64,000 nt of DNA from an uncultured Phycisphaera sp. (GCA_964501365.1 CAZCST010000017.1:25705-89704), one strand, 5' to 3'. Counted from the first letter of the stretch, positions 44,768 to 54,314 are shown. A program made the numbers and translations. Notes: a model not told the origin generated them from the sequence alone.

Positions 44768-45175
44768 ATGGGACAACATGCATTACTCGATCTGGTTGAA
44801 AAGCAACATCTCAAGCCGGAAGTGCCGGAATTTCATATCGGCGACTCGGTGGACGTTCACACCCGCATCGTGGAAGGCGACAAGGAGCGCATCCAGGTTT
44901 TTTCGGGCGTGGTGATTGGCCGCCGGTCGCGCGGGATCAATGAATCGTTTGCGGTCCGCCGCCTGGTGGGCAATGAGGGCGTCGAGCGCACGTTTCTGAT
45001 TCACTCTCCCAACGTGGTGGACGTCAAGGTCAAGCGGCGCGGCCGCGTTCGCCGGGCCAAGCTCTACTATCTGCGTGAGCGCCTGGGCAAGGCTCGCAAA
45101 CTACGTGAACTTCGCGTCGGTCATAAGAAGGCTACGCCATCGCAGCAGCAGGAACTCGCGGGCGCAGGCGTCTAG
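44768..45175 (+). CDS. rplS: 50S ribosomal protein L19
   Basis: 'P.F..GD.V.V...I.EG.KERIQ.F.GVVI.R...G....F.VR......GVER.F..HSP' and 'RRAKLYYLR'. Confidence 0.95.
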   Translation: MGQHALLDLVEKQHLKPEVPEFHIGDSVDVHTRIVEGDKERIQVFSGVVIGRRSRGINESFAVRRLVGNEGVERTFLIHSPNVVDVKVKRRGRVRRAKLYYLRERLGKARKLRELRVGHKKATPSQQQELAGAGV

Positions 45176-45542
45176 CCAAACCGATCCACGCCATTCGACA
45201 GGCCGGCAGGGCGAGCGAGAGGCAAATGCCTTTCTGCGCGCCAAGGGCCACCGCATCATTGCGCATAATTACCATTCCCCGGTGGGTGAAGTGGATTTGA
45301 TTACGACCGAGGGTGCGACGATGGTTTTCGTCGAGGTCAAGTCACGAACCGACGAATCGGGAAAAGACGCCGATCGTGTCGTTACTTCCACACAGCGCGA
45401 TCGCCTGATTCGAGCAGCCCGGTTTTTCGTTCGCCGCGCCGATCCTCACAACCGGCCCATCCGCTTTGACGTGGTAACGGTTTACTTTCCACCGGAAGGG
45501 AAGGCCGTCGTCGAGCATTTCGAAAATGCGTTTGTTCCCTAA
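45075..45542 (+). CDS. yraN: YraN-family (UPF0102) endonuclease-like protein; start uncertain
   Basis: 'GE..A..FL...G..I...N......GE.DLI.......VFVEVK.R' is the YraN core. The only in-frame GTG starts (45075, 45105) lie inside rplS. Confidence 0.75.
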   Translation: MSAWARLANYVNFASVIRRLRHRSSRNSRAQASSQTDPRHSTGRQGEREANAFLRAKGHRIIAHNYHSPVGEVDLITTEGATMVFVEVKSRTDESGKDADRVVTSTQRDRLIRAARFFVRRADPHNRPIRFDVVTVYFPPEGKAVVEHFENAFVP

Positions 45543-46309
45543 TGTTCTGCCAGGCCACGACCTTCAATTTGTCGGGGCGTGCGGTGACGGCGGATTTCGA
45601 GAACACCCGGCACGTTCACGAATTCCAGAAGAATGGCACGATGCTGTTGATGAAAATGGCAGTATTGGACATCCGCGACCTCCCAATCGCCTTCGGTTGA
45701 AACCTCCCATCTCGAATCCGGAATGCGAAACTCATCCATGACGCGGAGCAAGCGAACGCGCGTCTTGCCATTGTCCGGTTGATAGACGATCTGCACACGC
45801 GTGAATTGGCAGGCACCGACGATCCAATCCTCCACCCGTTGCTCAAGAACCAAAAGCCCGACAACCAGCAGCGTCAGCACCAATCCGGCGGCTCCATAAC
45901 CACCGCCCACCAGGACGCCAATTGCCGCAGATGTCCAGATGGTCGCACCTGTCGTCAGGCCGATGATGGTCCCGCGGTACTGCAGAATCGCTCCAGCTCC
46001 CAGAAAGCCCACGCCGGTGACGACCTGCGCGGCGATGCGCGTGCGATCGGCCCACTGTCCGGCAATCAGGATGGAAGCGAGAGTGAAAAGCGTACTCCCG
46101 ACACAGATGAGCGTGATGGTCCGCAGTCCGGCGGGCTTTTGCTTGGTTTCTCGCTCGGCGCCGATGAGCAGTCCGCACGCGACCGAGCAGAGCACGAGAA
46201 TGATTCCGCTCCAATGCGGCGAGAAAATCTCGTGCAGATCCCCCGTGTAGGGCCAAACCTCGTCGAGCAAGTTGAACAGCGTTTTCATGGGCTGCGGACC
46301 GGGAAACAT
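45539..46309 (-). CDS. mgtC: MgtC/SapB-family membrane protein with C-terminal ACT-like domain
   Basis: 'G.ERE......AG.RT..L...G..LF', 'TG.GFLGAG.I' and four to five TM segments. Confidence 0.85.
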   Translation of the reverse strand: MFPGPQPMKTLFNLLDEVWPYTGDLHEIFSPHWSGIILVLCSVACGLLIGAERETKQKPAGLRTITLICVGSTLFTLASILIAGQWADRTRIAAQVVTGVGFLGAGAILQYRGTIIGLTTGATIWTSAAIGVLVGGGYGAAGLVLTLLVVGLLVLEQRVEDWIVGACQFTRVQIVYQPDNGKTRVRLLRVMDEFRIPDSRWEVSTEGDWEVADVQYCHFHQQHRAILLEFVNVPGVLEIRRHRTPRQIEGRGLAEH

Positions 46310-46366
46310 TCACTCCGCGACAACGCGGGAGGCCAGAATTGCTATCGGCGGAGAGACTGCTCAGTC

Positions 46367-47593
46367 TTAACGGGGTCCGGTAAGTTGCACGGTAGGAGCG
46401 AGCTGCTCGTTAACGGGGCGAGAGTGATGCCCGGCTTCGGGACGATGGTAGGACACTGACCAAGGCTCGCCTTCGACGCCCCAGCTTGATTCCGTGCGCA
46501 CAATCCGCCTGTAGAGCGTGTCGCGTTCAACGGGAATGCAGCCGGCCTCTACGATCAACCGCTTGAGGCGATCCACCGTAAGTTCCTGGTGGGTCGTGCC
46601 CTCGCCCTCTCTCTTGGTGATGTCGTAATAAACAACCGTTCCGTCGATGTCATCGACTCCCCAGTTGAGCGAGACCTGGGCGAGCTTGGGCGTCTGCATG
46701 ATCCAGAAGGCTTTGATGTGCGGAATGTTTGGGCACATAAGACGCGAGATCGCGAGCGTGCGGAGGTCGTCGAGACCGCTGGGGCCGGGCAGGTGCGAAA
46801 GCTCGCTGCTGTCGGGAATAAAGGAGAGCGGGATGATGCAGTTGAAGTGGGCGGCCCGCGAACGAAGGCTTTCCGCCTGATGTTCGCGCAATTTGCCCAG
46901 ATGGGTGATGCGTTCCGCAGGCGACTCGACATGACCGTAGAGCATGGTTGCGTTGGTGAAAATTCCGAGTTCGTGGGCGGTGCGATGCACTTCGAACCAC
47001 TCGGCCTCGCCCACCTTGGTCTTGAAGGCTTCGTCGTGGACGCGGTCGTCAAAGATTTCGGCGCCGCCGCCGGGCATGCTGCCCAGTCCGGCCTCGCGCA
47101 ATTTCGTCAGCACTTCGGCAATGGAGAGTCGGGGCCTGGCGATTCGCGTAAAGTGAATGATTTCGATGGCGGTGAACGCCTTGATGTGCAAGTGCGGGCA
47201 GGCCTCGCGGATGGCGGAGCACATGTTGAGGTAGTAGTCGAATGGGAGCCTGGGATGGAGACCGCCGACGATGTGAACCTCAGTTGCTCCCTGGGCGTAG
47301 GCTTGGCCGGCCCGGGCCACCATTTCGTCCACACTTAATTCGTACGCATCTTCCGCAGGCGATTCTTTGGCATACGGGCGGTAAAACGAACAGAATTTGC
47401 AACGCAGCACGCAGTAATTGGAATAGTTGATGTGCCGGTTGATATTGTAGTAGGCGTTTCGCCCGTGCAAATGCCGCCGGAGCGAATTGGCCTTTTCGCC
47501 AAGCGTAAAGATGTCGGGCGACTGGTAGAGAGATAAGGCCTCGTCTCTATTTAGCTGCCCTGCTTCCCCTTCCGCTGCTGCACACAATGCCAT
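46367..47593 (-). CDS. radical SAM menaquinone (futalosine pathway) enzyme, MqnE/MqnC family
   Basis: 'NINYSNYCVLRCKFCSFYR' is a CxxxCxxC cluster. 'GGLHP', 'GGGAEIF', 'NATMLYGH.E', 'IPLSF' and 'DGTV' match this family. MqnE and MqnC cannot be told apart by eye. Confidence 0.8.
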   Translation of the reverse strand: MALCAAAEGEAGQLNRDEALSLYQSPDIFTLGEKANSLRRHLHGRNAYYNINRHINYSNYCVLRCKFCSFYRPYAKESPAEDAYELSVDEMVARAGQAYAQGATEVHIVGGLHPRLPFDYYLNMCSAIREACPHLHIKAFTAIEIIHFTRIARPRLSIAEVLTKLREAGLGSMPGGGAEIFDDRVHDEAFKTKVGEAEWFEVHRTAHELGIFTNATMLYGHVESPAERITHLGKLREHQAESLRSRAAHFNCIIPLSFIPDSSELSHLPGPSGLDDLRTLAISRLMCPNIPHIKAFWIMQTPKLAQVSLNWGVDDIDGTVVYYDITKREGEGTTHQELTVDRLKRLIVEAGCIPVERDTLYRRIVRTESSWGVEGEPWSVSYHRPEAGHHSRPVNEQLAPTVQLTGPR

Positions 47594-47721
47594 GCAGCTG
47601 ATTATAGAGCCGTCATTATGGCCGGGGAAATTGGCGAATTTTCAAAAGTTTTGGACTGTCCGGCGAAACGACTGCTTCCGTTGTGGTTGGTTTGAATCGA
47701 ATAACCAGTGCCTACTCAGAA

Positions 47722-49026
47722 TCAAATTTCTTTACGCAGCGTCTGCGCTCGATCGGGGCCAACGCCAATGAGGGAAACCGGTGTGCCGAGGAGCGATTCG
47801 ATGCGTTCGACATAGGCGCGTGCGTCAGGCGGCAGGTCGGCGTAATGGCGGACGGAGCCGAGGTCTCCGGACCAGCCAGGGGAGAATTCGATGACCGGGC
47901 TGCATTTTTCCAGCACTTCGGCACTGGCCGGTGGGGAGCTTAACGTTTGGGCGCCACACCGGTAGGCAGTACAGACTCCGACTCGCTCGAAGCCACTGAG
48001 AGTGTCGAGATGCAACAGTGCCACCTCGGTAACGCCGCTTACGCGGGCGGCATATCGACCGGCCACCGCGTCAAACCATCCACAGCGCCTCGGTCGGCCT
48101 GTCGTCGTGCCATATTCATGCCCTCGCTCGCGGATTTGGTTTCCCACAGCGTCCTTGAGTTCGCTGACAAACGGTCCGCCGCCCACCCGCGTGGCGTAGG
48201 CCTTGGTCACGCCGATCATCCGCGAAATGTACGAAGGCGGTACGCCCGCTCCTGGGCCGATGCCGTGCGGACCTGTGCTGCTTGAAGTCACATAGGGATA
48301 GGTCCCGTGATCCACGTCGAGCAGAACGCCGTTGGCTCCCTCAAAAAGCACGGTCTTGCCGTTGTCTATTGCGTCATTAAGCAATGTCGTGGTGTCCGCG
48401 ATCAACGGGCCAAGCCGTTCGCGGGCTTTTGTCAGATCGCCGAGCACGGCCTCGGCACCGAGTCCAGCGTCGGCGCCGTACATGGCCTTTAGTGCCAATT
48501 GCCGCGAGGTGACGATTCGTCGCACGCGGTCGTGCAAATTTGATTCGTGCAGGAGGTCTGCGAAGCGGACTGCGGAAGTCCGCCGCATCTTGTCGGCGTA
48601 GCATGGTCCGATGCCGCGCGCAGTTGTACCAATCTTGCCGCCATCGCCGGCGGCCTGTTCGCTGAGCTGGTCCTCGATCTTGTGGTAGGCCAGTACCAGG
48701 CATGCGCGGTCGCTGATGCGCAATCGCGATGACACATCGATCCCGCGGGCCTTCAGCGCATCGATCTCCGCAATCAGTGAAATCGGATCCACCACGACGC
48801 CGGGCCCGATCACACCCACGACTTGCTCATGCAGCACGCCGGTAGGCAGGAGGTGAAGCGCAAATTTTTCGGAGCCGACGTGCACGGTGTGGCCTGCGTT
48901 GGCCCCGCCGTTAAAGCGGACCACATAATCGAAGTCCGCGCAGAGCATATCAACGATTTTGCCCTTGCCCTCGTCGCCCCAGCTCAGGCCAAAGACGCAG
49001 GTGTGTTTTGATCGGTTTCGACTCAT
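47722..49026 (-). CDS. purA: adenylosuccinate synthetase
   Basis: 'G.SWGDEGKGK.VD', 'R.NGG.NAGHT', 'GTT..GIGP.Y.DK' and 'GTTTGRPRRCGW'. An alternative start is at 49050. Confidence 0.95.
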   Translation of the reverse strand: MSRNRSKHTCVFGLSWGDEGKGKIVDMLCADFDYVVRFNGGANAGHTVHVGSEKFALHLLPTGVLHEQVVGVIGPGVVVDPISLIAEIDALKARGIDVSSRLRISDRACLVLAYHKIEDQLSEQAAGDGGKIGTTARGIGPCYADKMRRTSAVRFADLLHESNLHDRVRRIVTSRQLALKAMYGADAGLGAEAVLGDLTKARERLGPLIADTTTLLNDAIDNGKTVLFEGANGVLLDVDHGTYPYVTSSSTGPHGIGPGAGVPPSYISRMIGVTKAYATRVGGGPFVSELKDAVGNQIRERGHEYGTTTGRPRRCGWFDAVAGRYAARVSGVTEVALLHLDTLSGFERVGVCTAYRCGAQTLSSPPASAEVLEKCSPVIEFSPGWSGDLGSVRHYADLPPDARAYVERIESLLGTPVSLIGVGPDRAQTLRKEI

Positions 49027-49196
49027 TGTTTGCGGTTTTGGCCGCCCCAAGATGGCGTATGCAGAAAAAAAGGCCCGACCGCGGGCCTCGACATAAGTTA
49101 CGCCTTTTCGGCACGTTATCGGCGGTCAAAAGCATTGTCAACGTCTGTGATATCTATAAAATAGACCGGCGTTATCTCTATTTTCGTTAATTTTAA

Positions 49197-49225
49197 TTGA
49201 CATACCAAAGTATTTATATTAAATA
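49197..49225 (+). promoter_or_regulatory. sigma70-like promoter candidate for the glutamine synthetase gene
   Basis: TTGACA (49197..49202), 17 nt, then TAAATA (49220..49225), inside a sharply AT-rich island. AGGAGA lies 7 nt before the ATG at 49268. Confidence 0.4.
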
Positions 49226-49267
49226 AGCAAACAAGTAAGCTATCGAACCATTTTAGGAGACTACCCG

Positions 49268-50725
49268 ATGACGGCACCGTTTGACCCGAACGTACTTCGC
49301 AACTTCCTGGTGATTCCCTATGACGAACTCGAGGAGATGAACCTTGAGGCCAAGCGGCAGCGGCAGGAGCGGGTTGATCGTGGGACGATTGAGGATTCGC
49401 GGCGGAAGTATTTGACCGAAGAAAAGCGGATCAAGGCCGTCACGGTTTGCTTCAGCGATCTGGAAGGCCGCTTCCACATGCTCGACTACGACAAGAAGTT
49501 CCTGCTCAAGTCGGCGGACAACCTCACCTTTGACGGCTCGTCCATTCGAGGGTTTTCTGAAATCGCGGAGTCAGACCTGAAAATCGCCATCGACTGGCCG
49601 GCGTTTTACTGGCTGCCTGCGGACATTTTTGGGCCGGGCAAGGTGATCGTCTTTGGGGAGGTTCAGGACAAGGATGGCAGCGCGTACAAATGCGACTTCC
49701 GTTCGCGTTTGCGAATCTTCACGGAGGAACTCTATCGCAACGAACACATGGTGATGCACGTAGCGCCGGAGATCGAAGGGTTCCTCTTCAAGGGAGTCGA
49801 TGCCGAGCGGCGCTACTTCGAAACCGGTCATTTCGATTTTGTGTCGACCGGCGGGTACTACCACTCGCTCCCCCAGGACCCGCTGCGGCAGTTCATTGAC
49901 CGTTCGGCGGAGGCGCATCGGGCGCTGGGGCTGTCAAACGAAAAGGACCATCCGGAGGTCGCGCCGTCGCAGTTCGAGATGAACTTCAGCTATTGCGACG
50001 CGATGATCGCTGCCGACCAGATTCACCTGTACAAGCTGATCTGCCGACAGGTGGCCGCGAGCATGGGGTTGACTGCCTCGTTCCTGCCCAAGCCGGTAAC
50101 GGGCGTCAACGGAAGCGGAATGCACTGCAACATTTCGCTCAACCGCAACGGCAAGAATCTATTCTACGAAAAGAGCGGTCAGGACGGCATCAGCGAGTTT
50201 GCCTGGAGTGTGGTGGATCGCATTCTCAACAACGCGACCGACATTTGCCTGGTGCTGAACCCGAGCGTGAACGCCTATCGGCGTCTCGATCCTCACTTTG
50301 AGGCCCCGAATCAGATCAAGGCATCGGCCACGAATCGGGCAGCCATGATTCGGATTCCGCTGGGCAATGAACGATCGGCGCGAATTGAATTCCGCTCGGT
50401 CTCGCCGGACACGAATCCGTATCTGCTGTTTTACACCCTCCTTCGCACCGGCCTGCAGGGCGACCTGCCCGATTCCGGCGGCGACGCGGAAGGCAAGCGC
50501 TATCGCACGCGATTCCTGCCGGATAACACATACGACGCAATCCGACTCTTCAAGGCCAGCCGCCTCGCAGTGGAGTTGCTCGGCGAAGAATCACACTCGA
50601 AGTACGTCGAACTTAAACAGCGAGCAGCTGACCGCTGCCCCAAGGACCTTGGCACGCGTGTCAAACGCCAGGAGGTCATGTTCCACCACGAAATAACGAA
50701 TCAGTTCCTCTGGAGCCAGTTTTAG
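49268..50725 (+). CDS. glnA: glutamine synthetase family protein (type I-like)
   Basis: 'FDGSSI.GF', 'PE.EGF', 'H.EV...Q.E......D....AD......K', 'KP......GSGMH.N.SL', 'NAYRRL', 'R..MIR.P' and 'R.E.R..DP..NPYL'. Confidence 0.85.
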   Translation: MTAPFDPNVLRNFLVIPYDELEEMNLEAKRQRQERVDRGTIEDSRRKYLTEEKRIKAVTVCFSDLEGRFHMLDYDKKFLLKSADNLTFDGSSIRGFSEIAESDLKIAIDWPAFYWLPADIFGPGKVIVFGEVQDKDGSAYKCDFRSRLRIFTEELYRNEHMVMHVAPEIEGFLFKGVDAERRYFETGHFDFVSTGGYYHSLPQDPLRQFIDRSAEAHRALGLSNEKDHPEVAPSQFEMNFSYCDAMIAADQIHLYKLICRQVAASMGLTASFLPKPVTGVNGSGMHCNISLNRNGKNLFYEKSGQDGISEFAWSVVDRILNNATDICLVLNPSVNAYRRLDPHFEAPNQIKASATNRAAMIRIPLGNERSARIEFRSVSPDTNPYLLFYTLLRTGLQGDLPDSGGDAEGKRYRTRFLPDNTYDAIRLFKASRLAVELLGEESHSKYVELKQRAADRCPKDLGTRVKRQEVMFHHEITNQFLWSQF

Positions 50726-50858
50726 GAGAGGCAACAAGGCCAAGAGGCAGATACGATCAGGGCAGCCATTACTTCCAGAGATTGAGGGGCGCGGTCTTAC
50801 GAAGTTTGCAAGGCCGTTGCTCATTCCGGGGCGGCTGCGCCAGACTAAGCAACCATCA

Positions 50859-52505
50859 TCAATGTGTGCGGGGCAGACAAACGCAAACGGTCGTGCCTTT
50901 GCCTGGTTCACTGTCCATGCGAATCGTGCCACCGTGCCCGACCACAATTCCATGAACGATGCTCAGCCCCAGCCCCGTGCCGCCTGACCTTTGACGCGTG
51001 GTAAAGAACGGGTCAAAGATTCTGGCCTTGAGTTCGTCGGGGATTCCGCGGCCGTCGTCGGTGACGGTGACGCGCACAAAATCAGGATCGATCGCAGTCT
51101 GAACGTTCACATGAGCTCCCCGATCCTTCGATTCGATCGCATTTCGAATCAAATTGACGAACACCTGATCGAGTTCCGCCAAGCGGCCCGGAATTTGAAC
51201 GTCGGAATCCCTGAATACAACGTCCACCGTCGCCTGGCGCTCCATTGCGTAGCCACGGGTGAGTTGATAAGCGGCTTCCACGACCTGATGCAGGCTGACC
51301 TGTTGTTCCTGTGACTCAATCCGCCTGCCAAACTGCAACACACCGCGGACGATTCGCGCGCAGCGATCCGTGTTCGCGGTGATGTCGTCGAGGAGGCCCT
51401 GCGCTTGCCTGGTTTTCCCCTGATTCAATGCATTCCTTGCGCACTCTGCGGAAAGTTGAATTCCGGTGATGGGATTGTTGATTTCGTGGGCGATTCCCGC
51501 AGCGAGCGTTCCCAGCGAGACCAGGCGCTCCGTATGCCGCATCATTTCCTCGTCGTGATAGCGCTGAATGGCAATGGCCGCAAGGCTCGCCGCCTGTTCA
51601 ATGAGTTGCACTTCTCCTTTTGTCGGCCCTCGAGGCTCACGGTAGTACATGGCAAAGGTGCCCAGCAGTTGATCTGAGGAGGAAAGAATCGGCTGAGACC
51701 AGCAGGCTCGTTTGCCAATCATGGCGGCGAGATCGAGATAGTCGGCCCAAAGCGGGTCGGTTTGAATATCGGTAACGACAACCCGGGATCGTCGATACGC
51801 AGCCGTTCCGCATGAGCCGGCCCTGGGCCCGGCCGAGGCGCCGTCAATCGCACGATTGTATTCGCCCGGAAGGCTTGGCGCAGCGCCGTGGTGCAACGTC
51901 TGAGTGGCTGGATCGTACCGGAGAATGGAGCACACCATTTCCGAATTCTGACTTTCGAGGAGGCGAACGATTTGTTCGAGCGTTTCTTCGCGGGGTTTGC
52001 GCTTGGCCAGCGAATCCAGAATCTGCGTTTGCCCTATTTGAAACAGCTCAAGTTGCTTTCGCTGCGAAATATCGAACCAGCTTCCGACCAGACTGACAAT
52101 TTCCGAATGCTCATCACGCAACACCGAAACTTCGTCATGCAGCCACAAATACTCTCCATCAATTCTGCGAAAACGATACTCGTAGGTCATTGCGTTTTCG
52201 ACGCCGATGTTTGCGAGGCGGTCAAGAATTGACTGCCTGTCGTGTTCATGGATCCGCTTGGTCCAGAAGAATGGATCGGCGTAAAAATCCTCCGGTGCAT
52301 AGCCCATCAACGGCCGGACGTTGTCACTCACGAACGTGGTTGGATAGGTCGGCCCGGGGCCGCACTCGTAAAGTACGTTTGGCAGTCGGGCAAAGAACTC
52401 CCGCAATGCTGGAAACTTGGGCTGTTCCGGCGTTCTAAGGCTTGGCCGGGTGCTTTGAATTGTCTGCGATTTCTTCATGATCGAATCGCCCTGGGATTGG
52501 TTCAA
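50859..52505 (-). CDS. cytoplasmic PAS-GAF sensor histidine kinase (orphan)
   Basis: A PAS-like N-terminal half, then a GAF-like middle, then the H-box 'AHEINNPITGI', N-box 'NLIRNAIES', G1 'DDGRGIP' and G2 'GTGLGLS'. There is no adjacent response regulator. Confidence 0.85.
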   Translation of the reverse strand: MNQSQGDSIMKKSQTIQSTRPSLRTPEQPKFPALREFFARLPNVLYECGPGPTYPTTFVSDNVRPLMGYAPEDFYADPFFWTKRIHEHDRQSILDRLANIGVENAMTYEYRFRRIDGEYLWLHDEVSVLRDEHSEIVSLVGSWFDISQRKQLELFQIGQTQILDSLAKRKPREETLEQIVRLLESQNSEMVCSILRYDPATQTLHHGAAPSLPGEYNRAIDGASAGPRAGSCGTAAYRRSRVVVTDIQTDPLWADYLDLAAMIGKRACWSQPILSSSDQLLGTFAMYYREPRGPTKGEVQLIEQAASLAAIAIQRYHDEEMMRHTERLVSLGTLAAGIAHEINNPITGIQLSAECARNALNQGKTRQAQGLLDDITANTDRCARIVRGVLQFGRRIESQEQQVSLHQVVEAAYQLTRGYAMERQATVDVVFRDSDVQIPGRLAELDQVFVNLIRNAIESKDRGAHVNVQTAIDPDFVRVTVTDDGRGIPDELKARIFDPFFTTRQRSGGTGLGLSIVHGIVVGHGGTIRMDSEPGKGTTVCVCLPRTH

Positions 52506-52661
52506 CCCGCTGACACCAAGTCCCTCTTCCTATTATCTCACAGGACAAGGCAAATGTGAACAAAAAATGTGGAATAACTGTCAATTCTCGGGTATCCAAG
52601 CAGCTGGTCCCATGGAAATGCCATCCCGGTCAAGTTGTGCGTTCCGTCGACCCCCCGCACA

Positions 52662-54314
52662 ATGCTCGCCTCTACCGGCAAGGAACTGAAATTGGCCATT
52701 AGCGACCTTCGCAGCTTTATTGGGCTTCTCGACCAGCGTGGGCAACTTCGCCGCGTGAAGGCCGAGGTTGATCCGATCCTGGAGATTTCGGCCATCGCCG
52801 ACCGGGTCAGCAAGTTGCCGGCGGCAGGGCCTTCTGCACCGCCCCAGACTGATCCCGTACATGGCCGGCAAGGCGGGCACGCACTCTTATTTGAAAACGT
52901 CAAAGGCCACGACATTCCGGTGGCGATCAACGTATTCGGCAGTTATGAGCGGATGCGACTGGCCCTTGGGGTCGAAACCTTCGAGCAACTTGCCACTCGA
53001 GTGCAAGAATTAGTCAAACCCGAAATACCGACGACGCTACTGGAAAAGATGAAGAAGCTGCCTCAGCTCGCCAAACTGGCGAGCTTTGGGCCGAAGGTCG
53101 TCAAGCGTGGCCTGTGCCAGGAAGTCGTTCATACGGACGGCGCTAACCTTTTGTCGCTGCCCATCATTCAATGCTGGCCGCACGACGGCGAGGCGGGATA
53201 TGGGGGCAAACCCAAGGAATTGTCGATTGACGATTGTCGATTGTCGATTGAAAACAATGCGGCGAAGTCGAAAATCTCAAATCACAAATCGCGAATCGAC
53301 CATCAAACCGGGACTGGCCGTTACATCACATTTGCCGGGATTTACACCAAGGACCCCGATTCGGGCGAGCGAAACGTGGGGATGTATCGCGTACAGGTGT
53401 ACGGGGAGAAACTGGCGGCGATGCACTGGCACATGCATCACGACGGGGCGCGGCACTTCCGGAAATATCAGTCGCGCGGAGCCAAAATGCCGCTGGCCAT
53501 CGTGCTCGGCGGCGAACCGGTGTTGCCCTACGCGGCGACATGTCCGCTGCCCCCGGACGTGAGCGAATTGCTGTTTGCCGGCTTCCTCAATGACGGCGGC
53601 ATTGAATTGTGTCCTTGCAAGTCGATCGAAATGGAAGTGCCGGTCAATGCGGAAATCGTGATTGAGGGGTATGTCGATCCGGAAGAAATGCTGATCGAAG
53701 GTCCGTTTGGCGACCACACAGGATTTTATTCACTGGCTGACCGCTACCCGGCGTTTCACGTCACGGCGATCACGCACCGCCGCGATCCGATTTATCCGAC
53801 AACGATCGTCGGCCCCCCGCCACAGGAAGACTACTACCTTGGCAAGGCCACCGAGCGCATCTTTCTCCCGCTGCTTCGGATGCTGATTCCGGACATTGTC
53901 GATTACTCCCTGCCGCGCTTCGGGGCGTTCCACAACGCCGTTTTTGTATCGATCCGCAAGGATTATCCGATGCAGGCCCGGAAAGTGATGAGCAGCATCT
54001 GGGGTGCGGGGCAGATGATGTTTTCCAAGATGATCGTCGTGGTAGACGACCACGTGAATGTACATGACGAGCAGGACGTGCTGTTTCACATGGGGGCAAA
54101 CGTCGATTGGCGTCGGGACACGGTCATCGTGGACGGCCCCTGCGACATCCTTGACCATGCGACGCCGTACTACGGTACCGGCGCGAAAATCGGCATTGAC
54201 GCCACCCGCAAGATCGCCGGGGAAGGCATGGTTCGCGACTGGCCCGACGAACTCAAAATGTCGCAGGAAACCCTCGAGCTCATATCCCGCCGCTGGACCG
54301 AATACGGCCTATAG
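52662..54314 (+). CDS. UbiD-family (prenyl-FMN-dependent) decarboxylase, probable menaquinone-pathway enzyme, with internal repeat-derived insertion
   Basis: 'DLR.FI..L...G.L.R....VDP.LE...I..R', 'L.F.N.KG', 'CWP.DG', 'GMYR.Q', 'HW..H..GA' and 'E.EGPFGDHTG.Y' are UbiD hallmarks. About 42 extra residues lie between 'CWPHDG' and 'GRYITF'. Confidence 0.88.
   Translation: MLASTGKELKLAISDLRSFIGLLDQRGQLRRVKAEVDPILEISAIADRVSKLPAAGPSAPPQTDPVHGRQGGHALLFENVKGHDIPVAINVFGSYERMRLALGVETFEQLATRVQELVKPEIPTTLLEKMKKLPQLAKLASFGPKVVKRGLCQEVVHTDGANLLSLPIIQCWPHDGEAGYGGKPKELSIDDCRLSIENNAAKSKISNHKSRIDHQTGTGRYITFAGIYTKDPDSGERNVGMYRVQVYGEKLAAMHWHMHHDGARHFRKYQSRGAKMPLAIVLGGEPVLPYAATCPLPPDVSELLFAGFLNDGGIELCPCKSIEMEVPVNAEIVIEGYVDPEEMLIEGPFGDHTGFYSLADRYPAFHVTAITHRRDPIYPTTIVGPPPQEDYYLGKATERIFLPLLRMLIPDIVDYSLPRFGAFHNAVFVSIRKDYPMQARKVMSSIWGAGQMMFSKMIVVVDDHVNVHDEQDVLFHMGANVDWRRDTVIVDGPCDILDHATPYYGTGAKIGIDATRKIAGEGMVRDWPDELKMSQETLELISRRWTEYGL
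53217..53300. repeat. inverted pair of GTCGATT-type heptamer arrays located in-frame inside the UbiD-family CDS
   Basis: gtcgatt gacgatt gtcgatt gtcgatt, a spacer, then aatctca aatcaca aatcgcg aatcgac. 84 nt = 28 codons ('ELSIDDCRLSIENNAAKSKISNHKSRID') with no stop. Confidence 0.8.
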
